This document shows positions 1-16,039 of a stretch of DNA of 64,000 nt, one piece after another. The notes beneath the pieces were generated by a model. It was given only the letters and a program-made list of their open reading frames with translations. It ran no database searches and was not told the DNA's origin. The stretch lies in the NCBI RefSeq assembly GCF_009914755.1, contig NC_060934.1, one strand, 5' to 3'. This DNA is from the human T2T-CHM13v2.0 reference genome, Homo sapiens. The translations under genes were made by a program, and so were the position numbers. Within the stretch, counting starts at the first letter, position 1, and the number at the start of each line of letters is the position of its first letter.

Positions 1-253
1 GGGTAACTTTGACAACCCATTTTTGGGGGGAGTTTGATTTATAAGTCAAAGAAGAGAGTAGCTTGCACTGAAAGTTGCTACTTCTTCCTGTTAGATGATT
101 AAGAAATAGAGACAAAATCTGTTTCTTTTTTATGAGGCCTTTTGTTACTTTCTTGGGTGACATTTTAAATAAAATTTGCATTATTTCTTTTCTCAAGACT
201 ACTGGACATGGGAGAAAAAGTCCCTTTTCCTTATCAAAGCTTAATTTCCTTTA

Positions 254-734
<481 letters not shown>

Positions 735-1489
735 TCATTTTTAAAAAATTTCTTTCTATGATAAAAGTACTAAATCTTTTATCATAGAAATTGAGATGTA
801 CAGAAAAATGGAAGAAAGAAAAAGTGCTACTCAGAGACAACCATTGTTAACATTTTTATGTATTTCCTTTTAGACATTTTTTAATGGAATTCATCTTGCT
901 TTGATAAAAGAATAGGTCATCTTTATATACAACATAAAACCATATAACTTACCATCGAAGATGACTCAAAGAAGAAAAAAACCCATGTAACTATATTTTG
1001 CTTTTTTTGCTCAGCATTATACCAAATATTTAACAAACTTGTCATACACATTTAATGGCAGCATAATATTCCAGAGTGGCTGTATCAGTATTTGTGCTTG
1101 CAACGTGCTTTTCAAAATATATATATTTTTTGGTAGCACATTTGAGGATTTTAAAGGTAAACATTCTTTCCTCGTTTTCACCTGATGACTTTTGTAGTTT
1201 GTTGCTCTGCAGATAGAATAGGTTACCGCCCTCACCATGTTCTTTTACACTCACAAGTAACAGCCACAAATTTTAATAATGTTATTCAGAACATCTTTAA
1301 AAGTCCATCTGTTTCAGATGGTATCTTCGAGAACGTTTAACACAAACTGTCAGATTCTTCTAAGGTCATTGGAAAGCCCATCCTTTTGTCTCTAGATTTG
1401 CTCATCAAGAATATTAAGAAATAGCTTGTGATTCTTTAATATAGTTATGTAGATATACTATATTTTTAAAAAATCAATTCCCTATTACA

Positions 1490-1900
1490 CATGTATGTTG
1501 TTTCCAGTCTTTTGCAGTTATTTGCATTGCTATGGTGAATAACCTTGTGCATTCATCATTGCTTGTGTATGAGTTTATAGAATGTATTCCTTGAAGTAGA
1601 AGGTATCAGAATTACTCTCTGCTTACATCTTTGCCAATACAATGTGGTACTAAACTTTCTGACTGGTGAAAAAATGGTATCTCAATGAAGCTTTAATATG
1701 TTTTTCTCGTATAAGTGAAGTGAGATTCTTCTAAAAGTACTGTCTTTCCCTTTGCTGTGAACTAAAACTCATGTTCCTTAACTCTCATAGAGATGTTGGT
1801 CTTTTTCTTTGTAATTTGTGGGAGTTCTTTGTATATTAGGGAAACTAATCCTTTGTGATTTTAACTGCATTTCTACCACCACCCCCTCCCCCACAAGTTT
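1490..1900 (-). mobile_element. Ancient L1 (L1ME-like) fragment
   Basis: Degenerate antisense L1 3' motifs (TTTCCAGTCTTTTGC..., TGGTATCTCAATG...); boundaries approximate. Confidence 0.55.
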
Positions 1901-1939
1901 GTCACTTTTTAACATTTTAAGTCCTTTAAGTCTGAATCT

Positions 1940-2210
1940 GGACATTCAACTCTTAGGCACATTTAAAGGGCTGTATTATATATGAAAGTAGGGAACTACC
2001 TGTAAATGTTGCCAAGTAAATACAGTATTAGTCCTGAACATATTTGAAGACAGCTATGTGGATGAAGGTTAGATTAGATTTATTCCTTCTCTTTATGGAG
2101 AAGCAAATTGCAGCTCAGCATATGGAAGAATTTTCTCTTATTAGATCAGCTTCAAAATGGAATGGAAATCCTTTGGAATAGATGGATTCTTCGTTACTAG
2201 ATTTGTTATT
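1940..2210 (+). mobile_element. CR1/L3 LINE fragment
   Basis: Resembles the L3 3' region (CAGCTCAGCATATGGAAGAATTTTCT...AAAATGGAATGG); highly diverged. Confidence 0.45.
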
Positions 2211-2334
2211 GGGAAGGAGATGCCAGCCTTTTCCCCAGTTCATTGCACAAAATAAGCACTTAGTGTTGAATAAACGAATCTTTGGGGCATCTGGATGGTT
2301 GGATTAGCTGGTTTTTAATAACTTTCACACTGTG

Positions 2335-2947
<613 letters not shown>

Positions 2948-2980
2948 TCATACTATTTTCATTTAAAAAATATTAATGTA

Positions 2981-3287
<307 letters not shown>

Positions 3288-3439
3288 TTATACATACTGC
3301 CTTTCATATAACTAAAATCATATTTCTTTCCTCCTTTCTTGCCTGATTCTCTCTCCTTCCCATTTTGCTCCAAGATAACCATGTCGTATATATATCCTTC
3401 CATATTTTTCTTCATACTTGAATGATTATCCTATCTGTT

Positions 3440-3574
3440 TTTATTTATTTATATATTTTAAGATAGGATCCTGCTGTATTGCCAGGCTGGTCTTGAACTC
3501 CTGGGCTCAAAGGATCCTCCCACCTCAGCCTCTGGAGTAGATAGAATCGTAGGCATTGGCCGTGGCACCTGGCT
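3440..3574 (-). mobile_element. Alu monomer (FLAM-like)
   Basis: Single left-arm homology with T-rich tail. Confidence 0.75.
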
Positions 3575-3618
3575 CCACCCTATTTGTTTTTTGTCTATCA
3601 GCACACACATACTTCAGG

Positions 3619-3628
3619 CACACACACA

Positions 3629-3662
<34 letters not shown>
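3619..3662. repeat. Compound microsatellite (CA)6CG(TG)15
   Basis: Read directly. Confidence 0.97.
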
Positions 3663-3665
<3 letters not shown>

Positions 3666-3669
3666 TTCG

Positions 3670-4140
3670 TTCTGTAAAATTGGATCATATTTGCATTCTT
3701 TCCTGTATTTTGTTTTTCTCACATAGTAATAAATAGTAGAGCTCCCTCTAAGTCAACTGATACAGCTCTGTCATTAATTCAATGGCCGTATAATATGCCA
3801 TCATATATGGGATTATTCCTTGATGCAGCTGTACTTTTGTTTATTCAGCTGATATTTTACTGGTGGACATTCACTTTGTTTCCTGTTTTTTTTTGTCACT
3901 GTGAACATTGTAATAAGCATCTTGTACATATCCTTACATACAGGTACGTTTATGAGATAAGTAGTGGGATTTCTGGTTCAAAGTATATGTACATATGATA
4001 TATGCATATTTAATGATATAGGTTGAGTATTCCTAATCTAAAAAAAATCAAAATTCAGTATTTGAAACACTTCTGGTCCAAAGCATTTCCAATGAGGAAT
4101 ACTCAACCCATATTTAATAATTACTGCCAGATTGCTTTTC
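3670..4140 (-). mobile_element. Ancient L1 (L1ME-like) fragment interrupted by a MITE
   Basis: GGTGGACATT...TTGTTTCC, GTAGTGGGATTTCTGGTTCAAAG, ACTGCCAGATTGCTTT antisense L1 motifs. Confidence 0.55.
4019..4110. mobile_element. Tigger4/MER46-like MITE (TcMar-Tigger)
   Basis: Perfect 14-bp inverted repeat GGTTGAGTATTCCT (4021-4034) / AGGAATACTCAACC (4095-4108); flanking TA dinucleotides. Confidence 0.85.
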
Positions 4141-5039
4141 TTAGCCAACTTAAGAGTCTTTCCAAGGTCCCTTCTGGTTCATGTAAGGCCATAAAATATA
4201 TAGTCTTCTTATAGTTGTTAGTTATAGGATTTTTCTGGATTCTTAAAAAGACTTTAAGAGTTCTATTTATAAAATTGATAATCTTCTGAATGACTGTGTT
4301 ACCTTAGTACAAAATAAAACAAAAGTCTTTCATCAAAGCTCTAGTACCTGGAAAATATTCTAATAGACTAGAAGGTAAATTGAGTTGAGACAAATTTTAA
4401 TGTATGGCTTTGGGGATGGCGGTTGGGAAATAAAGGCCGTTTTGGCAATAGATTTTTATCTTTAAAGTGGGTATCCACTTGGTTGCAAGAGGATTAATTA
4501 TAGGAATCTCTTCCTCTTGTAGTCTCTCAGCTTGAAAAGATAAATATAGAGCACCAGTGCTCAGAGAGGGAATGCTGTAGAGAACGTGTGGGTAGCTGCT
4601 GTAGTTTTACACAGCAGATAACATCTAGAATAAAGAACAGATGAAAATACTCATTGAGGATTAGTGTTCTTGAAACATCATCAAATGGAACATTCCCCAA
4701 GCCTGGCATTCAGAGCCATTCATAATCTTGCTCATCTTGCATGTCTGATAATATCTCCTATCGAGCCCAACATACTTTTCCCTAATCCCACTTTACTCTC
4801 TGCCTGCTACATTCATTCCCAGTGCCAGACATTTGTTTTATCCTTTGGAAGATACATCTCTGCTTTTCTACATTCCTGATTACAATCTGTCTTTTCAGTA
4901 CTCCAATCAAGTGTCATCGCCCTTCATAAAGCCTCTTTGCTTTCTCTAGACCACATTGATCCTTTTTCACTCTTAACTCCTAGAGTACTGATACTTTGAA
5001 TTCTTCGTGTTGGTTCCCGAGTATGTATTTGTGTAGCAG

Positions 5040-6090
5040 TAGGAAGTTTTTTTTGAGTGCCTCTTGTATGGGAAGCACTATGCTACATATTGGGTTTATA
5101 GGAATGAACATGATAGATAATGTCCCTGTCCTTAAGAAGTTTTATATTCTTGTGGGGAGAGACAGCTAATAAATAATTAACAAGAAAATATCAGTAAGAA
5201 TCTGATGAAAAAATGTATGAAGAATGAATCAGATCTCTTAGTTGAAATGACAAAGCCCAGTAGTTAATTTAAGCAGAATTTTTTTTTTTTTTTTTAAGGA
5301 TATTAGATAGCTCACAGAATCTTCAGGGATGCCAGAGAATCAGTCTTGGTGTCTACTTAGCCAGGAAAAATGCCCAAATTATACCACTGGACCAAATCAT
5401 TGGAGACTACTGCTTTTGCCACTGGGAATAGGTATTAGAACTTTTAACTGTCTGTGCTGAGTATGAGATGCCACTGCTAGGACCTCTGCTATTTCTGCTT
5501 CTGAAAGAAAGCTGATATAACTCTGAAATGTTCTTTAGAATGGATTTCACATGGTGTCTCCATTATATCACTTGTCTTCTAATAAATATCATGTGAATGT
5601 GTTTTATTGGCATAATATAGGTCAATTACCTGCTTCCGGTTTGCAAGAGAGACTGGGTAACTGAATTTCTGACTTTTATTTTGAGGAGGCAGGATTTATG
5701 GGATGAGAAATTCGCCAAACGAGAAAGGCTGTTTAAAGGTACTGAATAGTTAACTAGTTGATTATTAATAAACTATGGGAAATTTGATACAGTGGAGTGA
5801 TTGGAGGATTAATTTAGATTTGAGTAGTCAGAGAAGATTTCTCTAAGTTCATGATACTTAAGCTGAGACATATATGACAAGGAGAAATCCATGTAAAGAT
5901 ACGAGTGAAGAGTATTTCAGTAGAGGGAACAAGTGAAAAGCCCCTGGTTTGAGATGGGGGTGGGGGTTTAGGGCGTGGATATTATATGGTCTTATACTTA
6001 CAACAGGAAAGAAGAGCAGGATAGCTAATGTGGTGGGAGTGTGGGAGTGAGGGGGAGTATAGTATGAGATAACACTGGGGAGAAGTTTCT
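5040..6090. mobile_element. L2 fragments interrupted by an old MaLR (MLT1-type) LTR at about 5230-5720
   Basis: L2 motifs (TTGAGTGCCTCTTGTATGGGAAGCAC; AGAGTATTTCAGTAGAGGGAAC) flank MLT1-like CTCTTAGTTG...GATAGCTCACAGAATC. Confidence 0.5.
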
Positions 6091-6486
6091 ATTTTAACAT
6101 AGTTTGAGGACACTCAGCTTATTTCCTTTCCTACTCTGAGAATGACTTGTTGAGAGTAGGGATGAAATTATATGTATATGGATAAGAAAGGCATTCCTGT
6201 GTTGTTAACCCCATGAACTATTGGATACCATGGAGGGATTAAAATTATTTGTATATTTGTTTAGGAGGAGAATAGCATGAGGGATCTAGCAAAGATAAAT
6301 ACTAGAAAGACTATGTTTCCAGTGAGTAGAGGGATGAAGCCTTCTGTTTTTATTCTAGTGTCCAAATCTGGTGGGCCTTGAAAAGAATTGCTTCTTAACC
6401 TTGGTATCCAGGAACAGTGTATTATGGTTGCAGTTACTTGTATTGTGCTAGCTTTCAGGACTGCTTCAAAATACCAAAAGGCTCTA

Positions 6487-6859
<373 letters not shown>

Positions 6860-7100
6860 AGAAAACTGCTTTTTATATTCCTTTTAAAAAAGAAACCAGT
6901 CCCACAAACACGTGAGATAAATTCAGTTTTGGAATGTTAGAACAGTAACCACTCTGATTAAAGTGGTTTCTGCTTCTTGCTCACTCTTTCTCATTTGTGA
7001 AACTCAGCTCCTCACAGTAGAACAGATAGATTAATACTTTCATACTGTAGAGTGGTATTTGGACTTTAGATGCACTAACCGGACTGTAGGTGGTAATACT

Positions 7101-7299
7101 CAGTTACTCAACCTTGGCATGACTGATACTTTGTTTCAGATAATTCTTTGTGGTTGGGAGGCTCTCTCGTGCATTGTAAGATGTTTAGCAGCATCCCTGG
7201 CCCCTCTACCCACTAGGTGCAGTAGCACTTCCCTCCCTAGCTGATAGCCAAAAATGTCTTTAGACTTTGCCAAATATCACCTGTGCTTGAGAACCATTG
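7101..7299 (+). mobile_element. MER20 (hAT-Charlie)
   Basis: CAGT..CTCAACCTTGGC...GTGCATTGTAAGATGTTTAGCAGCATCCCTGGCC...TTGAGAACCATTG. Confidence 0.88.
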
Positions 7300-7333
7300 C
7301 TGTGTCTCTCTTCACTCTCTTCAGCATTCTTTT

Positions 7334-7634
7334 TTTTTTTTTTTTTTTTCGAGACAGTGTCTGGCTGTGTCATCCAGGCTGGAGTGCAGTGGCATGATCT
7401 TGGCTCACTGTTAACCTCTGCCTCCGGAGTTCAAGCAATTCTCCTGCCTCAGCCTCCCTAGTAGCTGGGACTACAGGTGTTCACCACCACACCTGGCTAA
7501 TTTTTTGTATTTTGAGTACAGATGGGGTTTTACCCTGTTGGCCAGGCTGGTATCTAACTCCTGACCTAAAGTAATCCGCTTGCCTTAACCTCCCAAAGTG
7601 CTGGGATTACAGGCATGAGCCACCATGCCCAGCC
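7334..7634 (-). mobile_element. AluSx/Sz
   Basis: Full dimer; TSD TTCAGCATTCTTTT. Confidence 0.95.
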
Positions 7635-7674
7635 TTCAGCATTCTTTTAAACTTTGTTCTCCTATTGGTCCTTT

Positions 7675-7975
<301 letters not shown>

Positions 7976-8329
7976 TAATAATATCTGATGACCACACCCT
8001 GTAGATGTTTTGCTAAGAAAGCTTACATGTGAACAGTCTCTGAATATGACCTCTTTGTCCAAAATATGCAGAAAGCTTTAACATAGTTTTAAAATGAGAA
8101 GACAAAATCCCTTTTCCCATGTGTATATCATTTGGATTTTTCTAATACTTCTTTTGTAAGATCAGAAAAGATTATGTATGCAATAGTGCACTGTAAGCCA
8201 TGCAGCGGTTGATTCTGCAACAGCTGTTTTGCTTTTTCCCTATTGTGCAGCAACAGTATGGTTTCTGAAGGTGACCCTAGCCTCAGTTGTGAGTTCTGAT
8301 CAGCTTAAGCCAGTCGGTTTTTAAAAAAT

Positions 8330-8600
8330 TGTTGTTATTTTTAGAGAGATGGAGTTTTGCCATGTTGTCCAGGCTAGTCTCAAACTCCTAGGCTCAAGGG
8401 ATCCACCGGCCTTGGCCTCCCAAAGTGTTGGGATTATAGGCGTGAGCCATCGTACCTGGCCCCAGTTTATATATATATTTTTAATTCTTCTTAGTAGGGA
8501 TGTGGTCTCACTATATTGCCCAGGCTGGTTTTGAATTGTCCGCAAGTGATCCTCAGCCTCCCAAAGCACTGGATTATAGGTGTGAGCCACCACACCTGGC
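8330..8600 (-). mobile_element. Two tandem Alu left monomers (FLAM_C/AluJ-like)
   Basis: Left-arm homology at about 8330-8462 and 8480-8600. Confidence 0.8.
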
Positions 8601-8802
8601 TGCCTTATTCTTTTTAAGTGGCCAGAAAAAAAATAAATTAAGGATGTGTAGAGATCAAGCCTGTGAGAAAATAGAAATTAACTCCACTTGTTTAGATTTA
8701 GATCATTTTATTGTAGATATTCTTGTCACTGAGTGCCCAAGGAATGGATATTGGAAAGCTATAGCTGTCCTTAACTTCAGTGTCAAAGAGTAGGAATCTC
8801 CT

Positions 8803-9655
8803 TTTTTTAAGCAATGGCTTTATTGAGGTCCAGTTCGCATAACATAACATTCACCCTTTTAAAGTATACAATTCAGTGGTTTTAAGGTAGTCACAGGATT
8901 CTGCAACTGTAACCATCACCAATATCTGATTCCAGAATGTTTCCATCACTGCAGGAAAAAAAAAACAACAATCCATGTTTAGCAATCACTGTCTATTCCC
9001 CTCTACACCTGTGGCCATCACTAATCTTTCTTATTTCTATAGATTTTCCTCTTCTGGACATTTCATTTGAATGGAATCATATAATACATGGCCTTTTGTG
9101 ACTGATTTCTTTCACTTTACGTAATGTTTTTGGGGTTCATTCGTGTTGTAGGATGTTTTGACATTTTATTCCTGTTATTGCTAAACAATAATGATGGATA
9201 TAAACATTTATCCATTCATCAGTTTATAGACATTTGAGTTTTTGTTTTGCTATTAATAATGCTGTTATGAACATTTGTGTACAGGTTGGACAAATATTTG
9301 GACAAATATTTTTATTTCTCTTGGGTATATACCTTCGAGTAGAATTGCTGAGACATAGGGTAATCCTATGGTTAACTTGTTGAGGAACTGCTGAACTATT
9401 AACATTTCTCAAAGTGGCTCTACCATTTTTTAATCCCACTAACAATGTATGAGGGTTCCAATTGCCCTGTATCCTCATCAGCACTTGTTCATGTCTTTTT
9501 TATTTTAGCCGTCCTACTGGATGTGAAGTGGCATCTCATTGTGGTTTTGCTTTGCTTTCTGTAATGACAAATGATGTTCAGCGTATCTTTGGAGAAATAC
9601 CTATTCAGCACTTTAGCCCATTTTCAAATTGGGTTGTCTTTCTGTTGTTTTAAGA
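8803..9655 (-). mobile_element. L1MB-type 3' end
   Basis: TTTATTGAGG...TTCACCCTTTTAAAGTATACAATTCAGTGG and continuous antisense L1 3'UTR/ORF2-end motifs. Confidence 0.88.
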
Positions 9656-10550
9656 GTAAGGATGCCTTTTTTAAGCTCCTTTTTAGTTCATTATGAATCT
9701 GGCATCTATTCATTTAGTTAATCTATTTGATAACTCATAGAATGTTTTTTCAAAGAAGGCAGTTTTGTGCCCTTTTCAGTGTCCTTCAGTTATTTTAAAT
9801 GCTGATCAGCAAGAGATTAAACTATAATTCTTTAAAAAATGAGATAGAGACTGTTGATGTGAAAAGACAGATATGTGAAAGAAATTATAAAGCACTGCTA
9901 ATATAGATCAAACATGATAGGATCTGGTGAACCGAATTAAAGCTCTAGAATTCCTGTGGGAATCTGATTGAGCAGGTAATCTACAACTTCTGAGTGTGTC
10001 AAACAACTGCCCTTGGTTTCTGGTATGCTCCTTAAGCACACTTCCTTATCAGGAATATAAGAAACACCTGTGCTTAGTTTTGCAAGATTTTGTACATAAC
10101 ATTTTGATTATGTATTTGTTTTACCTTTCCTCACCAGGAATTTGGGTTTAAAGAATTCACAGTTGGTTTAACTAGATCATGTAGCTATGGTGTACCAACT
10201 TTTGTAGGAGCAAATGAAAGCTATTGAATATATTCTTACCTTGATTAAATGATAGGCAAGAGCATCCATGAGACGAAAATGGCCCTTTTGAGTGTTTTTT
10301 CTACATTTAGTGAGGTTAACATAATCTTTCACTAAGAGCATTTATGCCAGATTAATATTAAATGGAAGAAAATAATAGTGCTGAAAGAAATGTAGAGAGG
10401 GTTGGAAAAAGCACAGGTTTTGGTGCCAGACTGAATTTCAGATCAAATTTTAACTCTCCATTTCCTCCTTGAGTGACCTCGGACAAGGGAATTAATCTCT
10501 CTAAACTTCAGTCTTCATCTATAAAATGGGATGGATTAAATCTATCTTGA

Positions 10551-10850
<300 letters not shown>

Positions 10851-10860
10851 CTATCTTGTA

Positions 10861-10940
10861 CTGAGGCAGGAGGATTGCTTGAGCCCAGGAATTCGAGTCC
10901 AGCTTGGGCAGCACAGCCAGACCCCCATGTCTAAAAAAAG
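10861..10940 (+). mobile_element. 5'-truncated Alu monomer (FLAM-like)
   Basis: CTGAGGCAGGAGGATTGCTTGAGCCCAGG...A tail; flanked by ATCTTGTA. Confidence 0.8.
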
Positions 10941-11470
10941 GGAAATCTTGTAAGGTTGTTGTGAATATAAAATGAACCAATGTGTGAAAAGCATTTATGG
11001 CAGTGCTTGGCACATAACGAGTACTCTGTTGGTGGTACCCGATATATATGTTTCATATATATATATATATTTTTTTTTTTTTAAAGAAAATTTAGATAAT
11101 CTTATATAGCTTAACTTGCAGCATCTACTCAGTCTTGACAAGCCTTTCTGGTAGTTTAATTTCACAGAAGGTAGATAAAGTAAACCTGGGCCTGCTTTTT
11201 TTGTTTGTTTGTTTTAAAGAATTAACTTTTTATTATGATGGTACAATATGCTTATTGGAGAAAATTTGGAAAAATTATTTTAAAAGTAATATTTTTTAAA
11301 ATTCAGAAAATTATAGTAGGAGTCTGTTAACAGAAGCTTTAAAGGGAATGTGGTCCAAGAAGGAAAGAAAAACTCCTCAGAGTAAATAATAATTATGTTA
11401 ATTGGAAATTACAAGTAAGAACTAGAGGCAGAATCTATAAAAACTGATGAATACTACAAAAGAAATTCCT

Positions 11471-11892
<422 letters not shown>

Positions 11893-11998
11893 CTTTAGGC
11901 ATAGTAATACTTACTAGTTTTGAAGTATTTGAAAATTTAAAGTTAAGATATTGGATATTGAACCAAGGTTTTAATAATTTCCTTACAAACAATCACTG

Positions 11999-12272
11999 TT
12001 TTTTTGAGACAGGGTCACTCTGTCACCCAGGCTGGAGCTTGGTGGCCTGATCATGGCTCACCGCAGCCTTGACCTCCCAGGCTCAAGCAATCCTCCCACC
12101 TCTGCCTCCCAAGTAGCTAGGACCAAAGGCGTGTGACACCATGCCTAGCTATTAAAAAAATTTTTTTTTTTGTGGAGACAGGTCTCACTATGTTGCCCAG
12201 GCTAGTCTTGAACTCCTGGCTCAAGCTATTCTCCCACCTCAGCCTCCCAAAGTATTGGCATTACAGGTGTGA
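11999..12272 (-). mobile_element. AluJ lacking its extreme 5' end
   Basis: Antisense dimer ending at TTACAGGTGTGA. Confidence 0.9.
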
Positions 12273-12460
12273 CCCCGTCTCTACGAATAATTTTAAAAAA
12301 ATTAGCTGGGTGTGGTGGTGCATACCCGTAGTCCCAGCTACTAGGGAGGCTGAGGCTGGATTGCCTGAGCTCAGGAGGTTGAGGCTTCAGTGGGCTGTGA
12401 TCGGGCCACCGCAGTGCAGGCTGGGTGACAGAGTGAGATTGTCTCAAAAAAAAAAAAAAA
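12271..12460 (+). mobile_element. AluJ 3' portion (linker plus right arm)
   Basis: Starts at GACCCCGTCTCTAC; A tail. Confidence 0.9.
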
Positions 12461-12519
12461 TTCGTCTGTGTTGTATCATGTATCAGAATTTTTTTTTTTT
12501 TGATAGCTGAGTAGTATTT

Positions 12520-13200
12520 CAGTGTTCAGCATTTTTATTAATGACATGGATGGAATATTAATGACTTGCTTTGCAAACCCATATATGACCTGGAACTGGC
12601 AATGAAAATAAGTTGTATTGTTAAAGTGTGTTGGGTTTTTTTTCAGACTAGAGATTGAAAATAGTTATCAGACTGAAAGAATTGACTGAATTGATTAAAA
12701 CGTATTAAACATTGATAAGTGCAAAATCCCATATATGATCTAAAAAGTTAGTGTTATTGTAGATGGATGTGATGTGGTTTAATAGCAGGTAATATGAAAA
12801 ATACCTGGAGGGTTTCACTTGACAGCATGTTCATCATGAGTCCACAGTATTATCTGGGCTCTATTAATAGAAGCATGGTGTCCAGAATGAGGACTATGAT
12901 TGTCCCAAAGTATTGTGTTCATGTCTAGGTACCTTATTTTAATGGTAAACATTTAAAAACAAAGGCATATTCAAGAGAGAAACCAGAATGATCTAATGGG
13001 AAGGTAACTAGCCACTCAGTATTAGAATAAAGCTGTTGTAAGGTAGAGTGGACTGCCTTGGGAGGTAATCAGATCTATGTCACAAGATTTGTTCAAGCAG
13101 AAGCTGGATGAACACTTGGCAGGGACATTGTAGACTATTTTAGTTTCACTAGTTGGGTACAGGAGTGGAGAAGGTGCCTAATTATATAGAATATCTTTGT
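12520..13200 (+). mobile_element. CR1/L3 LINE fragment
   Basis: GATAAGTGCAAAATCC, ATTAATAGAAGCATGGTGTCCAGA, TTCAAGCAGAAGCTGGATGAACACTTG. Confidence 0.65.
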
Positions 13201-14816
13201 GGATCTTCAACCTTGATATTAATATTTGGTAATCATAGAACATTGCAGAATACTGGGGTTTAAAGTGTTAATAGTGGTTGTCTCTAGGGGATGGGATAGG
13301 AGACTGTCATTTCCCATGTTATGTACTTCTGTATTTAATTTTAGTTTCTACAATGAGTATATATTGCTCTATTAAAACAGTTGTAAACACTTGTTTCTTG
13401 GCTAGTGACATTGATGCAAAAAATATTCTCGTTTTGCAAATCAACACAAATTAATACTTTACAATTTTTCAAAAGTAACTTAGTAAATTACTATAAACAA
13501 TTTAAGTGTTTAAAACCCTCTATTGACAGATTTGTGTATTCATGGACGTTGGATATATGGATTTTTTTTTGCCATTGGAAGACTGATTTGCTTCATTAGC
13601 CTTTATTCTTTTCTGTAGTTGATCTGGCTGGTGACAGTGAAAGTTAGCTGGGCTGTTACAGATCATTCTGCATGCTCAGATTTACCTTCATCTCCAAGGT
13701 TTGGATTATCAGATAACTAGACAGTAAGGCCCTGACTGCTGCTGCCTAGTACCCCTGTCTAAAGGTTTAGTCCTAAAAGGAAGTGAGAGTGGAAAAAATT
13801 GTTGCATTCTTAGGAAAATATTTCCTTCTAACCCAGACATCTTTTGTTTTTCCCCAGATGGTTCTGTTATATCCCCCAGAGACCAAGGGTTGGCCCTTTA
13901 TGCTTATTAGGAAAGAAGGATTATGACCAACACTTGCATCCTGGGTATGTTTAGGATAAATGTTGCTAAGCTGCTTTAGTAAATAGATCGTAAACAGAAA
14001 CTGAGCCACACCTCCTCCTGCCATTATTATCTTAGTAAATGTTTGCTTAGGATTTTGATTATTTAAATGCTGTAGTTCTCTCATGTACTTAACAAATCTG
14101 TAACATTTTGTCAGTAAAGAGATTTATTAATATGCTTCCTTTGCCTTAGCTCAATAGTGCCCTTTTGATGATTTTTTAGGCCAGGCATTTAGCAGTCTAA
14201 ATGGTGGACAATCTTGGACATTGTTGCGTGCTGTCAACATAAAGCTGTTTGGTGTTTGAGATGGTAGTGCTAGGAAAAATGTGTTAGCATTTGCTAAAAG
14301 AGCTTTCACAGGCTGGTCGCTTTCAATGTTTAAAAAAAGTTTATGTAAGACTGTTGATACTTCACTACAGTGTTCCCAAAAGCTTTCTAGTCTTGTTAGT
14401 GAAGCGTGTGGGGTATATGAATTGTGGTTTAAACTCTAAATGGCCACAGACATTTTTCTTGAATATGACTCTTAACTTGCTTTCTCTAAACTTCAGTTTG
14501 ATACTATAGCGGTTGTTGATACCATAGTAGTTGTGTAGTTCAAATTCTCCAGTCATGAGTTTTCATTCTTGGATATGGTAGTGTCTTTGAGGTCAGGAAG
14601 AAAGAACAGAAGTCACTAATGTTAATAGCAGAAACTTTAACATTATAGGAATAAAAGTGGTAATAATAGATGAGCAGAAACCTCAATTCAAGAAATACTT
14701 GTTTCAAAAAATTATTATTCTGTACCTTCTGTGTAAAATGCCCATTGCTAGGCCTGGGCCCCAGACTTTAAAGAGCATATAGTCTAGTTGTATTGGGTCG
14801 ATAATTTGAAATGTAA

Positions 14817-15192
<376 letters not shown>

Positions 15193-16039
15193 TATTTCCC
15201 CTTTTTCTGTTTCTTACCTTTGACTTGAAGTTCAAGAGTGAGCTGTATAGGCACCAGGGCAACAAGCTGTTTCTTATATTCCTAGGAACTCCGTATTCTT
15301 TCTGCTTTTAAGTTGGCATGGGAGCAGGGATGAGCAGTGGTATTGTTGCGGTTATCTTCAGGTACAATTGCTGCTTTAGTAGTCTTTAGGACTTACAGGC
15401 TTTTGGGAGTTAATGTAGCTGGATAAATATTTTAAACGAATGAGAAAACCTAGACTGGACACTGGGAACAGAGTTACAGTCTAAGTAAAAACCACTGGAA
15501 AAAGCTTTCAAATTCTGTAAATATAACAAAACTAATAATTATAGTAATTAAGAAGAATTTATTTGGGGAAGGTGAAGGGGAAGTTGGAGTAAACTTAATA
15601 AGTATCCTGGGGGCTCTGAGAAATTGCTCCCACTCTTTCTTCCTTACTTATATGTCCAACAAATCAAAAATAGCCTCCTGGAGTGAAGAAGAGAGCCAAT
15701 CATGGTATAGCAATAAAGTAAGTATATCCTACATGCTGGATTTAGCTTTTAGATTGAACAAATGTTAGAAAAGACTCTTTTCCTCTGATTTGTGCTATTT
15801 GTTTTAGATAAAATGGGGCAGAAAAACAAAGAGCCTTTCTAGAAAGTTTATGCTAAACAAGGAAATGTGGATTTTTAATTGTCTTGAGAAAAGAAATGTT
15901 GAGTGCTGATAGCTGTGATGTTGACATCTCAGCCCGTATTTTAATAGTTAAGGTTTATAAATAACAAAGCCAAAGGAAATGTTATGTAAAACTTACAGTT
16001 TCTTATCTGTGGAAATGCTATATTTGGCACCCAGTTTAT

